A DNA stretch of 64,000 bases from positions 84,198-148,197 of the IMG/VR virus record IMGVR_UViG_3300033145_000529. One strand, 5' to 3'. A program made the translations under genes and the position numbers. Below the pieces are notes generated by a model, which saw nothing but the letters and a program-made list of their open reading frames with translations, did not search any database and was not told the origin of the DNA. The stretch's first letter is position 1. Each line of letters begins with the position of its first letter. Shown here one piece after another: positions 37,128 through 48,482 of the stretch. Source of the stretch: a virus.

Positions 37128-37481
37128 TTAAAAAACATTCTCCTCTATTACGCAATATTTAGGAAGTTTAGTTTTTCTATTCTTTAAACTAAGTACCTCG
37201 TTTATCTCCTTATAAATTTTATCAACTTGTGACATTCTTCGGGGTTTGTAGTTTTCCTCACAAGCGGCAGAATCTTTGTGTACAAGCATCCCTGTAACCT
37301 CACAAAAACCTACAGGACGTTGAATTGTTCTGTATCCCTGTGCTTTCATGTCAAATTTGGCGTTCTGACACTTACCACAAGTGTTCTGAATTTTCCAATT
37401 TACTTTCACCCGTTTTGGTCTCTCGTTATTTGCTAGGGTAAAACATATAAAACGATACTCACACTCTTCACACCTAGGCAT
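37128..37481 (-). CDS. Hypothetical protein with N-terminal CxxCxxRFxCxT module
   Basis: MPRCEECEYRFICFT. Confidence 0.7.
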   Translation of the reverse strand: MPRCEECEYRFICFTLANNERPKRVKVNWKIQNTCGKCQNAKFDMKAQGYRTIQRPVGFCEVTGMLVHKDSAACEENYKPRRMSQVDKIYKEINEVLSLKNRKTKLPKYCVIEENVF

Positions 37482-38049
37482 TAACTATCCTCAGCTTTTT
37501 ATTTTCACGTTTACCCCTTTTCCTTAAGACCTCCACTTCCTCTGGTGATACTACTGGTTGTTCTGGTATTTGTGGTTTTGGTGGACTACCTAGAGGTTGA
37601 ATTCTTTTACTTGGTGGTTGTGGCATCTTCTTCCTCTTTTCCAAATTCTGCTCTGATGAATTCTTGTTCTTTCTTCATTAGGATATGAACTTCATCAAAA
37701 CTCTTAGCACTTCGGAGAGCATTTCTTAGGTCTAGCAATCTATCTAAATAGAGGTTAATATAACCTTTGATAAATTGCTCCTTAAATTGCTCCAATTCCT
37801 TTTCTTCGCTCATTCATACTCCTTTGCACAGTTACCTTTTAACTAGGATTATAGCATCTACGCTTCATGTTTACCCATGTGGTCATAAGAGGTTTTCTGA
37901 GATGGTAAGCAATTTTCTTATTTGCCAAATACTCTTTGTGTTGCTCCCTATAACACTGACACCACAAACTTACTTTGTCTTTATTAAGAGCATTCCATAT
38001 CTTGCTATAACAAGATTTACACAATCCATTTGCGTGGTGTTCTCTTTGC

Positions 38050-39447
38050 TTATTGCATTTTGTACATGTCATTAATTTCATTTTTATGCTTAATATACTC
38101 TCTAGCTTTGGCAAACGCTGATTCTCTATCATCTTTATTTAATTTTCCATCTATAACCAAGCTAGTTAAATAATTCTTTATATCACCAATAGCTTTACTA
38201 GGTTTAAGGTTAAACGCTTCCATAATCTCCACACCACTAATAGGTGATGTTAAAGTTTCTGGTTGTTCCTTCATACACTTATTTACTAATCTTGTTAAGA
38301 TAGTTATAAACTTGTAACGTGGGTTCTTTGAAGAACGAATATCACACCTCACTAAATCTAATAGCAGATAAATATTATCCTCCCCGACCTTCCTCACCAA
38401 CCGCATGATGATTCGCTTCCTAATTCTACCATTTCGAATTTCCCTTTGCAAAACAATAGGAGTCATATGATACTTTATCAAGTGGCATACGCTGTTTACG
38501 ATTTCGTTATTGTAACGTAATCTACGTAGAATCTTTCTAGTCTTTCTAGCACCCACATTGTGGTGTCCATAGAAGTGAACACCGTCATCATCTTCTATCT
38601 TTGTCTCTGGTTTTCCAATATCGTGGAAGATACAAGCAAGACGGAAGATTAGATTTCTATTGCCAGCATCTACTTTACTACCTTTGTGTAGAACTAACAA
38701 TGAATGTTCGTAAGCATCTTTCGTGTGATTTTTTCCCTGTGGTATATACCTTAGATCCATAAACTCAGGTGCTACATAATACATCAATCCAGTCTGACAT
38801 AGTTTTCTGACACCAAAAGAAGCTCTATATGAAAGAATAATTTTGGTAAACTCGTCACGTATTCTTTCCTTAGAGATAATTTCCAGTCGTTCTGGATGCT
38901 CAATTCTTATACCTAGAGAGAATCCAAATTGGCAAGCAAACCTAATGGCTCTTAACATTCTTAGCGGGTCGGATGAAAATCTCTCGTTGAAATCTCCCAC
39001 GCATCTAATAACTTTATTTTTAATATCTTCTTGCCCATTAAACGGGTCTATAATGGTGTCTACACCATGGTTAATAGACCTTATCAAATCAATAGCCATA
39101 GCATTAATATTAAAGTCCCGCCGACTCAAATCATCATATATGTTATCACTAAATGTCACTGTTGGATTACGAGAATCAGAAGTGTATTTTTCCCCTCTGT
39201 ATGTAGTTACCTCAATGGTTATGCTTGCTGTATTGAGACCAATTGTTCCAAAAGCTTCTCCAATAGAATAAATGCTACCAAACTCATCCAATAGTTCTTT
39301 TATCTTATCTGGATGAATATTAGTTGCCATATCAATATCGTGTGATTCTCTATTAAGAATAATATCACGAACAGTACCACCCACTAGATACAACTCGGCA
39401 TTATTTTTAGCAAACTTGGTTGCTATTCTTTTTACAATATCTTCCAC
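38050..39447 (-). CDS. cca: CCA-adding tRNA nucleotidyltransferase with HD domain
   Basis: LVGGTVRD, DIDMAT, DLSRRDFNINAMA, DPLRMLRAIRF, ISKERIRDE, FHDIGKP. Confidence 0.93.
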   Translation of the reverse strand: MEDIVKRIATKFAKNNAELYLVGGTVRDIILNRESHDIDMATNIHPDKIKELLDEFGSIYSIGEAFGTIGLNTASITIEVTTYRGEKYTSDSRNPTVTFSDNIYDDLSRRDFNINAMAIDLIRSINHGVDTIIDPFNGQEDIKNKVIRCVGDFNERFSSDPLRMLRAIRFACQFGFSLGIRIEHPERLEIISKERIRDEFTKIILSYRASFGVRKLCQTGLMYYVAPEFMDLRYIPQGKNHTKDAYEHSLLVLHKGSKVDAGNRNLIFRLACIFHDIGKPETKIEDDDGVHFYGHHNVGARKTRKILRRLRYNNEIVNSVCHLIKYHMTPIVLQREIRNGRIRKRIIMRLVRKVGEDNIYLLLDLVRCDIRSSKNPRYKFITILTRLVNKCMKEQPETLTSPISGVEIMEAFNLKPSKAIGDIKNYLTSLVIDGKLNKDDRESAFAKAREYIKHKNEINDMYKMQ

Positions 39448-39807
39448 AATTAACCTCTAATATTAGCGTTTTCTTTCATAGACAACCAGCAACAAAATTC
39501 TGGTGCATAAATTTTTTGTCCTATTATTTGTTTTTTTATCTTTGTCTAAATTGAATCCTCATTAAATTTAACCTCATCCCATCCTTCTAAAATAGACATA
39601 TCCTGTAGGAAACTAGCAAAACAATACCATTTTTTACAGACAGTGATTCCATCTGTCAGTCATTATCTTCTCCTTTGGTTTCTAGCTCATCAATAGCCCA
39701 CCATAGGCGATTTGCCTGATACCATATTTCCTCTTCGCCACACACTCCTCTTATTTCTCTACACAAATCAGTAATCAATTTCAACAATTCAACTTTCTCT
39801 TCATCAG

Positions 39808-40106
39808 TCATTTCTTTACCTTCCGCCTTGCTTCTAACATTTGGTCAATAGTATCTTGCATTGCTTTCGGTAAAGTAACCCACCAATTCTCTGTTAAATC
39901 ACCGTTCTCTCTAACATCCCAAAGAAATAAGGCACAATCATCATGAGCAATACTCATTACTGGTAAGCCACAAATATCCTTTATAGTCATGGTGGAATAC
40001 TCTCGACTATCTAAGGAAGCAAAACGTTCACCATCATACTTTTGCAATTGCTTACTAGAGAATTGCCACGGTGGGTCGGCATATATTATGTTGTATTTTT
40101 ATTCAT
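39808..40106 (-). pseudogene. Truncated MT-A70-like adenine methyltransferase
   Basis: KYNIIYADPPWQF..YSTMTIKDICGLPV..DDCALFLW then unrelated sequence; start codon out of frame. Confidence 0.7.
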
Positions 40107-40976
40107 TTCATATCCCTCAAAATGGCATCACCACCCACTTCCCATAACTCAAAACCAGCTTTGTTGAATTTTTTAGCTATTTTCTTGATTAATTCTCTTT
40201 CACCCATACCGTTTATCTCTAAATCCAAGCTTCCATCCTTCTTTTTTAAATGCAGTAAGTTGCTCAGGATAGATTCTTTTATTTCTCTTTAACATATTAT
40301 GTATATGTATAATAATTATTCATATTTAGGGCAGTCTCCACATTTACACTGATCCCAAAGTAGAGAACTCATAAGTCCTAGTTCTGCGGAGGACTTGGGG
40401 GGATTAAAGTTTTCTCTCTTACCATCATACACTATCCAAGGAATGCTTGGTTCTTTATTTAAGTCCCAGTCACCCTTTTCTAAGTAGGCACAGTACCCGT
40501 TCTCGTGCTTGTGGTGACGCTTGTCTGTTTTCCAATAAGGACACACTCTTACATCACCAGTGTCAAATACTGTGTAGCAATACATTCCCTTCGGTATTAC
40601 GCTTTTATCTTTTTCCATTGTTCCCACAATTCACATTCTTTTTCTTCTGCCTCATCCCTGATTTTCATAATTCTCTTTCTGATTTCTTTCCCTTTCTCCC
40701 AACAAGGTTTACAGATATACTCAGGGTAATCAGAATGGAAATAGGGTTCTAGCAAGTTGCATTCAATATCTACATGTTCCGAACATTCCCAACAAACATC
40801 TTCCTTGCAAATTTTACATTGTTTAATTCCAGTGCATCTCCACTGGTCTTCTTTGCCACAAAAATCACAAGTGACGATGGCTATGGAAGTTGTTTCTATC
40901 TTTGATTCAACTCTTTTCATTCTCCGTACTTTCGAAAGCTCTTCAATTATTGGAGTTAAGCCCAATTTTGGCACAT

Positions 40977-41225
40977 TTACTTCTCAAATTTTGTCTTTCT
41001 CTCTCGTTTAACTTTTATTTCAGTATAGCATCGGAAGCGAAGTTTACAGTGCTCACATTTTTCCCTATCTTTCATAGCGGCAGTTCGTTCTCTACACTCT
41101 TGGATAAAATCAATGAGTGATAAGTCCTCAGCGTTCATTTGCGGATTACTAGGTAGCCTCCTCCAAGCTGTTGATACTGGTATAGCTTGTCGTAGTGCTT
41201 TAATCATATCCTCATTTTCGCACAT
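40977..41225 (-). CDS. Small protein with CxxCxxRFxCxT module
   Basis: ECRERTAAMKDREKCEHCKLRFRCYT. Confidence 0.7.
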   Translation of the reverse strand: MCENEDMIKALRQAIPVSTAWRRLPSNPQMNAEDLSLIDFIQECRERTAAMKDREKCEHCKLRFRCYTEIKVKRERKTKFEK

Positions 41226-41337
41226 TGTTGTACTCTCTCAAGGGCAAGTCGGTGATGCTATAGGTCGTCATCTGAAAAAATAGAGCGTGGTTTAGTCCAG
41301 CACCAACTATTACCACATCATAGTGATTCATTCAAAA

Positions 41338-41742
41338 TTACCTTCTTGTCGTATAACACTTAAATCGTGCATCACACTTCTCACAGTGTTCTGTAGGGAA
41401 CTTTCCATAGCTCCAACAAACCTTAAATGGATTACCACACGTTGAGCAGGTGGGATACTTTCTAACTTCACCCATGTTGTATATAGAAACATCACAAGTA
41501 GGACAATACCATACTATCTTCTTCTGCTCACCAATGTTTCCTTTTATACCAATGAAGTCAAGCCCAAAAGGAGTATTGTTCCACCACAATCCGCAACCCG
41601 CACACTTCACATTAACGATTAGTCCACCGCTTAGACGACCCTCGTAGAACTTTTTACTACCGCAGTTCAGACAAGCTAGTTCCTCTGCTGGCATCTTTTC
41701 CGTGTCAATTATTCTACGTTTTCTTTTTAAGAAGTCAAACAT
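41338..41742 (-). CDS. Zinc-ribbon protein with C-terminal CxxCxxRFxCxT module
   Basis: VCWSYGKFPTEHCEKCDARFKCYT. Confidence 0.7.
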   Translation of the reverse strand: MFDFLKRKRRIIDTEKMPAEELACLNCGSKKFYEGRLSGGLIVNVKCAGCGLWWNNTPFGLDFIGIKGNIGEQKKIVWYCPTCDVSIYNMGEVRKYPTCSTCGNPFKVCWSYGKFPTEHCEKCDARFKCYTTRR

Positions 41743-42082
41743 TTATCGCTTCGTCATCAAATTTCTTTGTCATTGCTTTGCACATCTGATAAGTTAAATT
41801 CGTAAAAGCCTTTGATGCCTCATCCACTGTAATCATTTGTGCTTTCATACATTGCTGTAGCTTCTGTAGTCCTATATGGGTATCTTCAAAGACACTCATT
41901 GATTGCGGTCTACCAGCAGTCCAGCATTGAAATCTTTGGTCACATTTGCTACAATGCCTGTGGTCAACTTCTCTTTCTTTTATTCTGCACTGTTCAAACC
42001 TCCATTCGGGTGTGGTTTTATCTATATAGTAGTCACTGTCTTTCTTAATCATATCAAGTTGTAACTTAGGTAACCTTAACAC
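41735..42082 (-). CDS. Hypothetical protein with internal CxxCxxRFxCxT module
   Basis: QCRIKEREVDHRHCSKCDQRFQCWT. Confidence 0.7.
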   Translation of the reverse strand: MLRLPKLQLDMIKKDSDYYIDKTTPEWRFEQCRIKEREVDHRHCSKCDQRFQCWTAGRPQSMSVFEDTHIGLQKLQQCMKAQMITVDEASKAFTNLTYQMCKAMTKKFDDEAINV

Positions 42083-42286
42083 ACCAACTCCAACAATCCT
42101 ACTCTATCAGTCTTGTAACAAATCATACGTCTAGTAATTACTATCAAAGCATCGTTGAAGTTACCCCTGACCAGATTCGATAAAGCCTTGAAACACGTCC
42201 GCCATCGGATGCTTGCGACTACCAACTTTTCCTTTATGTGCTTCACTTGTTTGTTTATAACCCAGTTTTGGCATGTTCTAATCTAC

Positions 42287-42538
42287 CTATACATTTATCA
42301 ATAATTTACCAATACTATTCGCAACTTCTGATTTGACTATAATATTTTGTCCTTTTGCCGCAAATTTCTTATCGTTCTCGGTCTTCCACACTTGAATTTG
42401 TATGAACTCTGCTCCCCAACATTTTACCTTGGCAACTCTAACCTTGGAGAACTTGTTCTTCTGGATTTCTCCAATAACATCTAAGAGTTCAAAAACCTTC
42501 TTCTTGTCGTATTTCTTGTCCACATCTGAAAAGCTCAC
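42287..42538 (-). CDS. PC4-like ssDNA-binding protein
   Basis: IGEIQKN..KVRVA..FIQIQVW..KG. Confidence 0.5.
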   Translation of the reverse strand: MSFSDVDKKYDKKKVFELLDVIGEIQKNKFSKVRVAKVKCWGAEFIQIQVWKTENDKKFAAKGQNIIVKSEVANSIGKLLINV

Positions 42539-42770
42539 TATTTACCTCCAAGCGATTTTATAGTCTTTTTTAGTGTTGGCTGACAATGTAATCCATTGAC
42601 AATTACCTGGTTCAAACTTTAATTCCACCATACCTACAGCATAGAGCTTAGTATACGATAACAACCGTGTTTCTTGTGCAATGATAATTTTCTTTTATGC
42701 TCTGCTTGTTTTTGAGTGAGAAACTTAAATTTTTTCTGCCCTTTTCTGTTCTCCTATAAGCTCCACCTTA

Positions 42771-42799
42771 ATTATACCACATGCCACAGATTAAGTCAA
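42771..42799 (-). promoter_or_regulatory. Sigma70-type promoter with extended -10
   Basis: TTGACT-N17-TATAAT with TGTG on the - strand. Confidence 0.8.
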
Positions 42800-43341
42800 A
42801 CCTTTATTATCTGCCATTTTACTCTTGAAAAGACGAACCATACACTTAGGAATCCCAAAGTGGTGACACCAATAAGGTGTAGCTTCATACTCCCTTAATC
42901 TTCGCCAACAGTAATCGGGGTCTTTAGTAAATTCTTTTAGTGTCGGGTCTGGGTATGCTATCCTGCATTACTTCTTTTCCTTAAACCTCTTTGCTGCTCT
43001 TTCACCAAAGTATTCTACTACAATAGCAGTTGCTACTGCCTGTAGCTGTAAGGGAACATCCACTTCACATAGCCACATAATACCTAATAGTGTCCATGAG
43101 AATACTATAAGGTAAGGTCTAACCATTCCCTTCCAGAACTCTAAGTCACTAGTCCTTTGCACCTTACTGTTCTCCAAATTATATGTTTCTATTTCTTTAT
43201 CCATTGTATTGAGGATGCTGCCTTACGGGAGCACCAGTATAATCTCCTACCTATTTGTCCAGCTTCAGATACGTATGATTCTGCTAAGGATATTCTCTGG
43301 GTAGCCTCAGATATAAAACCATGTACCACCATAACCCATAA

Positions 43342-43980
43342 CTACCTCTCAAAATGTAACTCCCTCATGTGCCACCGCATCCAGCTACCCATAAAAGGAT
43401 TGTTTGACCTGTCAAGGTATCTACTAAATTTCCTGTGTAATTTTTTGGTGTCTTCATATTCATCCCCAGAGTAATTGCCCCAAATATCAAAGTAAATTAT
43501 GTTGTATTTGCGGTCTGGTGTATAACTATAAATATCATCTTCATCAACCCTTAATTTGTTGATGTAGCTACCGAGATGTTTTGCCAAGTGTGGGAGGACA
43601 AGATGGCACACATCGTGTGAGATTTCTACTACAGTAACACTTTCCACTTCTGGTTTAGGTAAAATGCTACAAAGAATCATACCTAATCCTAAGCCAGCGA
43701 TTAGGATATTACCATGTGCTTCTCTTAGAATTTCCGTATTAGAATATCGTTCACCACCTGAGTCTGACATTATTATACTGCCATTATGTGTAAGCTTACA
43801 AAAACTGCCTGCGAATATTTCCCTACCAAGATAGTCACGATTGTATGTAGCCATTGTTACTGCTAGTCGTGCTTTGTCTTTGGGAATATCATAATGTTCA
43901 ATAGCAAACTTACCTGACTTACCTTCAGGTATAATATCCTTCATCAGAGGAAATCCTCTAAGTTGCCAGTCGTTGTTCAT
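43342..43980 (-). CDS. Class I SAM-dependent methyltransferase (spermidine-synthase-like)
   Basis: IMSD..E, ILIAGLGLG, VTVVEIS, IYFDIW. Confidence 0.8.
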   Translation of the reverse strand: MNNDWQLRGFPLMKDIIPEGKSGKFAIEHYDIPKDKARLAVTMATYNRDYLGREIFAGSFCKLTHNGSIIMSDSGGERYSNTEILREAHGNILIAGLGLGMILCSILPKPEVESVTVVEISHDVCHLVLPHLAKHLGSYINKLRVDEDDIYSYTPDRKYNIIYFDIWGNYSGDEYEDTKKLHRKFSRYLDRSNNPFMGSWMRWHMRELHFER

Positions 43981-45372
43981 TTCTTTTCTCTCCCGCTCAA
44001 GAGTTCCTTTACCAATTCCTGTGTTGATAAGAAGTAAGCTTCATCATCCTCAAATTCAAGCACAACCCCGCTACCATCAGCTAAAACTGACAGAACGAAC
44101 TTCTCTCCATTACTACCGCCGCCCTTCACCAAGGGAACTCTTCCTATTTTTTGGTTGCTGTCAAATTTATCTATTTTCATTTGGTCTCCAACCCCTTTAT
44201 TATATTGCTTCCAACCACGCTTAATAAATATCTTATCTGCATCGGTATCAGGACACGTAATTGCAAATATTTCGTCTAGCTTGGTCTCCAATAATACCTT
44301 CTCTATAAGATAATTTACTATTTGGGTTGCTAATCCTTTATGCCTATGTTTTAGGGTCAGTATATATAGATTGAGGTCGTCCAACCTCATCTGCTCTAAT
44401 CATTTCTTTTTTGTATGCGTAAAATACGCTTATTTATTGACTCTTTTTTCCTTCTAGGAAAGTAAAGGTCTACCGCCACTTTCTTTGCTTTACGGGGGTC
44501 GCAGTTTTTCCAGATTTCGTAGGGAACTTCCCATTCAGCACTCTTTTTGAGCTTTTGGTAGACTTCGTTATCCTCAGTGTAGAGGACAATGGTTTTTCCA
44601 TCCCCATAGTTTCTAAGATCGGTGCGGTGTTCTCTTGCTTCTTTCGTTCTTCCCATTTTTTAGCACTCCAATACCTTGATACTATATCCAAAACACCAGG
44701 TGTTTCACCTGGTTCAATAAATGTCCCCCAATACCTGTCACTATTAAAGAAAACTCGCTCCTGATTTCCCCACTCATCATTAATCCACCTGCCCGATGGA
44801 CTTGCTTGCTGTTCAGTACTCTTCATCTTCCGTTTCTTCTTTGGTTTCAAAGCTTCCTTTCGTACTTCCCTCTCAGCCTTCTCCATCGCCTTCTTGACTT
44901 TTTTACTTGTCTTCATACCATTTCCTCTAATAAGTCTTCACTAATTTGTAGCAAACATCAATTGCCTAAAATCATAGGGAATGGTTTCCATTCTTTAGGT
45001 CAAAAATCAGCTTCTCTGTTGGTGTTAGTTCGGGCATATAATATCCCTTGTAATCACCAAACCTATCTCTCGCTAGGGATAGATGAGCCTTGTCAAACCA
45101 GATACTTCTAGGGTGGTCAAGTCTAATTTCTGCACAATCCTGTTGCCTACCTTTCGCTTCAAGAGCACGATTGCGAGCACATCTTCGACCTTCTGCTTTG
45201 CTAAGGGAATCTAACCTTGAGCATACAGAAATTCCCCTTGCTACGATGTCACCATCTTCTTGAAGTAAGCAAACTGTAGTCCGCCCATCCACATAATAAA
45301 TAGCCCTGTCTTTCATTTTCCTCTCCTATAGTGGTTCTGAACAAATACCCTTTTAAAATTATTTGCGTTGAT

Positions 45373-45558
45373 TTATTTACTTCTAAGTGTATATCTTGAC
45401 TCACTACTATGCTGTCCCATAGAAATCCGCATCCTCGCTCCACCTCTACTTGCCCAACATCTAAAACGCTTGTCACACTTGTTACACTTTTCTTCATCTA
45501 ATCTATGGGCTACATCATAATCAACCTCAATTATTGGTAATTCCGTCTGGTTCATCAA
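45373..45558 (-). CDS. Small protein with CxxCxxRFxC module
   Basis: AHRLDEEKCNKCDKRFRCWAS. Confidence 0.6.
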   Translation of the reverse strand: MMNQTELPIIEVDYDVAHRLDEEKCNKCDKRFRCWASRGGARMRISMGQHSSESRYTLRSK

Positions 45559-45760
45559 ATTTTACCTGTATATCTTTTAATATATCACTTAGTTTAGTAA
45601 CTTCAGCCGAAGACACCCTTGCATCATTCGTTTTAATGCGTTCAGTAAAACATTGAAACCTATACTTACAAGCATTGCAACTTTGTGGTGCGGTTTTTAT
45701 TTTGTCGCATTGCTTTATAACAAGCTCTTTTCCATCCCAATTGAACTCTAATTTACTCAC
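45527..45760 (-). CDS. Small protein with CxxCxxRFxCxT module
   Basis: QCDKIKTAPQSCNACKYRFQCFT. Confidence 0.7.
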   Translation of the reverse strand: MSKLEFNWDGKELVIKQCDKIKTAPQSCNACKYRFQCFTERIKTNDARVSSAEVTKLSDILKDIQVKFDEPDGITNN

Positions 45761-45766
45761 AGTACC

Positions 45767-45795
45767 ATTATATCATATGCCATTTGGAATGTCAA
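45767..45795 (-). promoter_or_regulatory. Sigma70-type promoter with extended -10
   Basis: TTGACA-N17-TATAAT with TATG on the - strand. Confidence 0.85.
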
Positions 45796-46177
45796 GCCTA
45801 GTTATTGGCTGGACAAGTAGTGTTCCTTCAACTGGTAGTGTTCCTCTGGTGTTAACCAAGCGAAAATAAAACCATCATTGATAAGTTGTCCAGCACTGTC
45901 CTTATGACGGTTTAATGTTCGTTCCCTAACATGCTCACGAGCGAACTCATCATCATATTTTGGGTTTAATTTCAGTAACTTTTGAGGTTGGACATAAGTA
46001 AATCCATAAGATGTTGGTTTGAATTCTCGATGACCCCACCCAACTTCACTACCAACACCACGAAAGACACATAACCAAGCATCATAGCCATCCATCCACA
46101 TTACTTTTCTGGATAATTTCGTGAGTCTTCCTTTCCAATTTGGTGCGACCCACGTTAAAGTTCCTTTGGTACTCATT

Positions 46178-46585
46178 TTATTCCTTTTCTATGTAATCTC
46201 GAAAAGCTCCAAAATCTATAAACTTATCTCGAAGCTCTTTAGCAACGGCTTCCGTATCCATTCCCACTTTCTTCAAGAGATAATCAGTGAGGTCATAAGG
46301 ACTGACAGTAGTAAAGGTGCAACAAGGGCAATGCTTCGCAAGTATTTCATGGATTGCATCACAGTAGTCATCGGTATCTTCGCTACCCTCTGCCAGTTTG
46401 TTTAACATTTCCTCAAGTTCTTCCCCATTGATAGCGTGGTCTTTACAGAATATATGACCATTTTCACACTTATACATTTCTGCTTCCTCTAACCCAACAT
46501 CCCAACCAGATACAGTCTCCGCACAGACCTCACAGATAAAGGAAGTTGAACTGCTGTTACTGATAAATCCTTTTCTTATTTTCAT
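46178..46585 (-). CDS. SNSSS-leader protein 5
   Basis: MKIRKGFISNSSSTSF; Cys-rich body. Confidence 0.8.
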   Translation of the reverse strand: MKIRKGFISNSSSTSFICEVCAETVSGWDVGLEEAEMYKCENGHIFCKDHAINGEELEEMLNKLAEGSEDTDDYCDAIHEILAKHCPCCTFTTVSPYDLTDYLLKKVGMDTEAVAKELRDKFIDFGAFRDYIEKE

Positions 46586-46594
46586 CTTCTCTCC

Positions 46595-46894
46595 TTATCC
46601 ATTGTACCAAGCTTGTGAGTGTGTGTTACACACTACATCTGTCCCAAATATCTCAATAAGATTGCGTCTTATAGTTTCCCTAAACTCTCGACCAGTTTCG
46701 TCATCCAGAATAGCGTCCCAACTCCTCCCAACATACCTTTGCTCATCCAAATCTGGTGCGTATTCAATGATGAGGTCAGCATTGCGTATCTTTTGCTCAA
46801 TTTCCTCAGTAATGTCTGCCTTCTCCACTTGAATACCATAAAGCAAAAAACTTTCTGAGGAACTATTACTAACAAATCCTATTCTTACTTTCAC
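46595..46894 (-). CDS. SNSSS-leader protein 4
   Basis: MKVRIGFVSNSSSESF. Confidence 0.8.
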   Translation of the reverse strand: MKVRIGFVSNSSSESFLLYGIQVEKADITEEIEQKIRNADLIIEYAPDLDEQRYVGRSWDAILDDETGREFRETIRRNLIEIFGTDVVCNTHSQAWYNG

Positions 46895-46903
46895 TTCATC
46901 CTC

Positions 46904-47455
46904 CTAATGACAGCTTATTTGTTTGTGGGGAAGATTATTGAATATCCCCCCATGTTCTAGCACAGAGAAATAATCTCTATCATCTCCATATCTAAATATG
47001 TAAATTTTCTGCCCTTTAAATTCTTTTAGTAACTCGTCCACGACTACCTGTGTGTGTTCATCACAAGCTTTAGAGTATGCTTTCCAATCGGTCTGCTCTC
47101 TAACTCTAGCTGTAATAATAGTTTTGTTATCATATTCTAGCTCGGTAATGTGATGTGGTATTATCTTGAAATCATCGTAATTTGGTTGTCCGCTCAACCA
47201 ACCACCCCTGACAGCATCATTAACTCTATTTAGCATTGTTGTGTGCTTCCACCGTTTTTGTGGTTTTATATCCCCCCACACTGTCTGTGCAATCTTCTTC
47301 GTTTCAGTTTTGCCATCATCATAAGGATTGCCCAGAAATGGATGACCATTAAACATCATTTCATGCACATCTTTGATGCTCTTTGGTTCACGTGGAAAAG
47401 CCACCACAAACATAGAGCTAGAACTATTACTTACAAAACCTGTACGTATCTTCAC
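46904..47455 (-). CDS. SNSSS-leader protein 3
   Basis: MKIRTGFVSNSSSSMF. Confidence 0.8.
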   Translation of the reverse strand: MKIRTGFVSNSSSSMFVVAFPREPKSIKDVHEMMFNGHPFLGNPYDDGKTETKKIAQTVWGDIKPQKRWKHTTMLNRVNDAVRGGWLSGQPNYDDFKIIPHHITELEYDNKTIITARVREQTDWKAYSKACDEHTQVVVDELLKEFKGQKIYIFRYGDDRDYFSVLEHGGIFNNLPHKQISCH

Positions 47456-47509
47456 GTTGTTTCCTTACCAGAACTTTTCATTTCCTAGTGATATTTCTGA
47501 CCTTATCTT

Positions 47510-47692
47510 TCATTTTACCCCAATTACCATACACCTTTCGGGTAGTTGTAAACCTTTCTTCAGAGTTACTTCTAAATATTCCGACCCTTCTGTAGTATAG
47601 CAATGAAATTTAATAGGACATTTAGTACACTCTCCATTACACCTAACAGTAGGAAATCCCTGCATACTTATCCACCTTCTATATTTGCCCAT
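47510..47692 (-). CDS. Small protein with CxxCxxKFxCxT module
   Basis: RCNGECTKCPIKFHCYT. Confidence 0.7.
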   Translation of the reverse strand: MGKYRRWISMQGFPTVRCNGECTKCPIKFHCYTTEGSEYLEVTLKKGLQLPERCMVIGVK

Positions 47693-47693
47693 A

Positions 47694-47936
47694 TTACATG
47701 GTCATATCTGCTTGTAAGTTATGCTTTTCCAAAAACGCTGGTATTAGCTTATCGTGCATACTTAGATTACCATGAAAATGTTTCTCACTTTCATAGATAT
47801 AGGTATCACCGCTTTTTGCCTCAGCTTCATGATAAACAAACCGAAAATCTATCATCTGTTCTTTTGTCATACCATCTTTATCAAGGACAAAGGAACAGGA
47901 AGAAGAATTACTTACAAAACCACTTCTAATTTTCAT
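47694..47936 (-). CDS. SNSSS-leader protein 2
   Basis: MKIRSGFVSNSSSCSF. Confidence 0.8.
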   Translation of the reverse strand: MKIRSGFVSNSSSCSFVLDKDGMTKEQMIDFRFVYHEAEAKSGDTYIYESEKHFHGNLSMHDKLIPAFLEKHNLQADMTM

Positions 47937-48298
47937 CTTTTTTCACCTCTATTAGTATAGCATATAAACCTCATTTGACATTCATTACACATTAAGTCAC
48001 ATTCTAAATCATCGGTCTCGGCAGTAGGTTGAATCCCATCACCCCATACTACGTTCTCAACACCAAGTTTTTCCATAAATGCTCCCATATCAAAATTGTC
48101 CATAGAAGTGCTACTGTATAGCACACCTTTTCTTATGGTAATATCCCAAGCATCACTTTTTGCGTATTCTATACCAAGCCTCTCACCCCATATCTGATGA
48201 TTGAGTATTTTACACAGTTGTTCGAGTGATAACTTGCGTAATGATACCACAAAAGACGAACTGCTACTATTACTTACAAATCCATTTCGTATCTTCAT
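47933..48298 (-). CDS. SNSSS-leader protein 1 with C-terminal CxxCxxRFxCxT module
   Basis: MKIRNGFVSNSSSSSF..ECDLMCNECQMRFICYT (ORF track extends to 48376). Confidence 0.8.
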   Translation of the reverse strand: MKIRNGFVSNSSSSSFVVSLRKLSLEQLCKILNHQIWGERLGIEYAKSDAWDITIRKGVLYSSTSMDNFDMGAFMEKLGVENVVWGDGIQPTAETDDLECDLMCNECQMRFICYTNRGEKR

Positions 48299-48482
48299 CG
48301 GTTTAAAATCTATTCCAAATTTTGCTTCTATTCGTTTTAGCTCCATATCGTATCTGACCACCTTGCCTGAAACCAATACCCTGAACCTCTTTTACTATAA
48401 TGGGCTATAATTTGCTCATTATTTGTTATCAACATAGTGTTTCTTATAAATTTGGTAGTGATGCAAACTTATGTTCACATTG

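Noticed and set aside
36899-37162. 87-aa + strand ORF in the track
   Set aside because: It spans the bidirectional terminator and overlaps a better small ORF (36778..36957) and the convergent gene.
44396-44916. 187-nt same-strand overlap of two ORFs as overprinting or programmed frameshift
   Set aside because: More simply explained by a lost stop codon in the upstream gene; no slippery site or structure could be supported.
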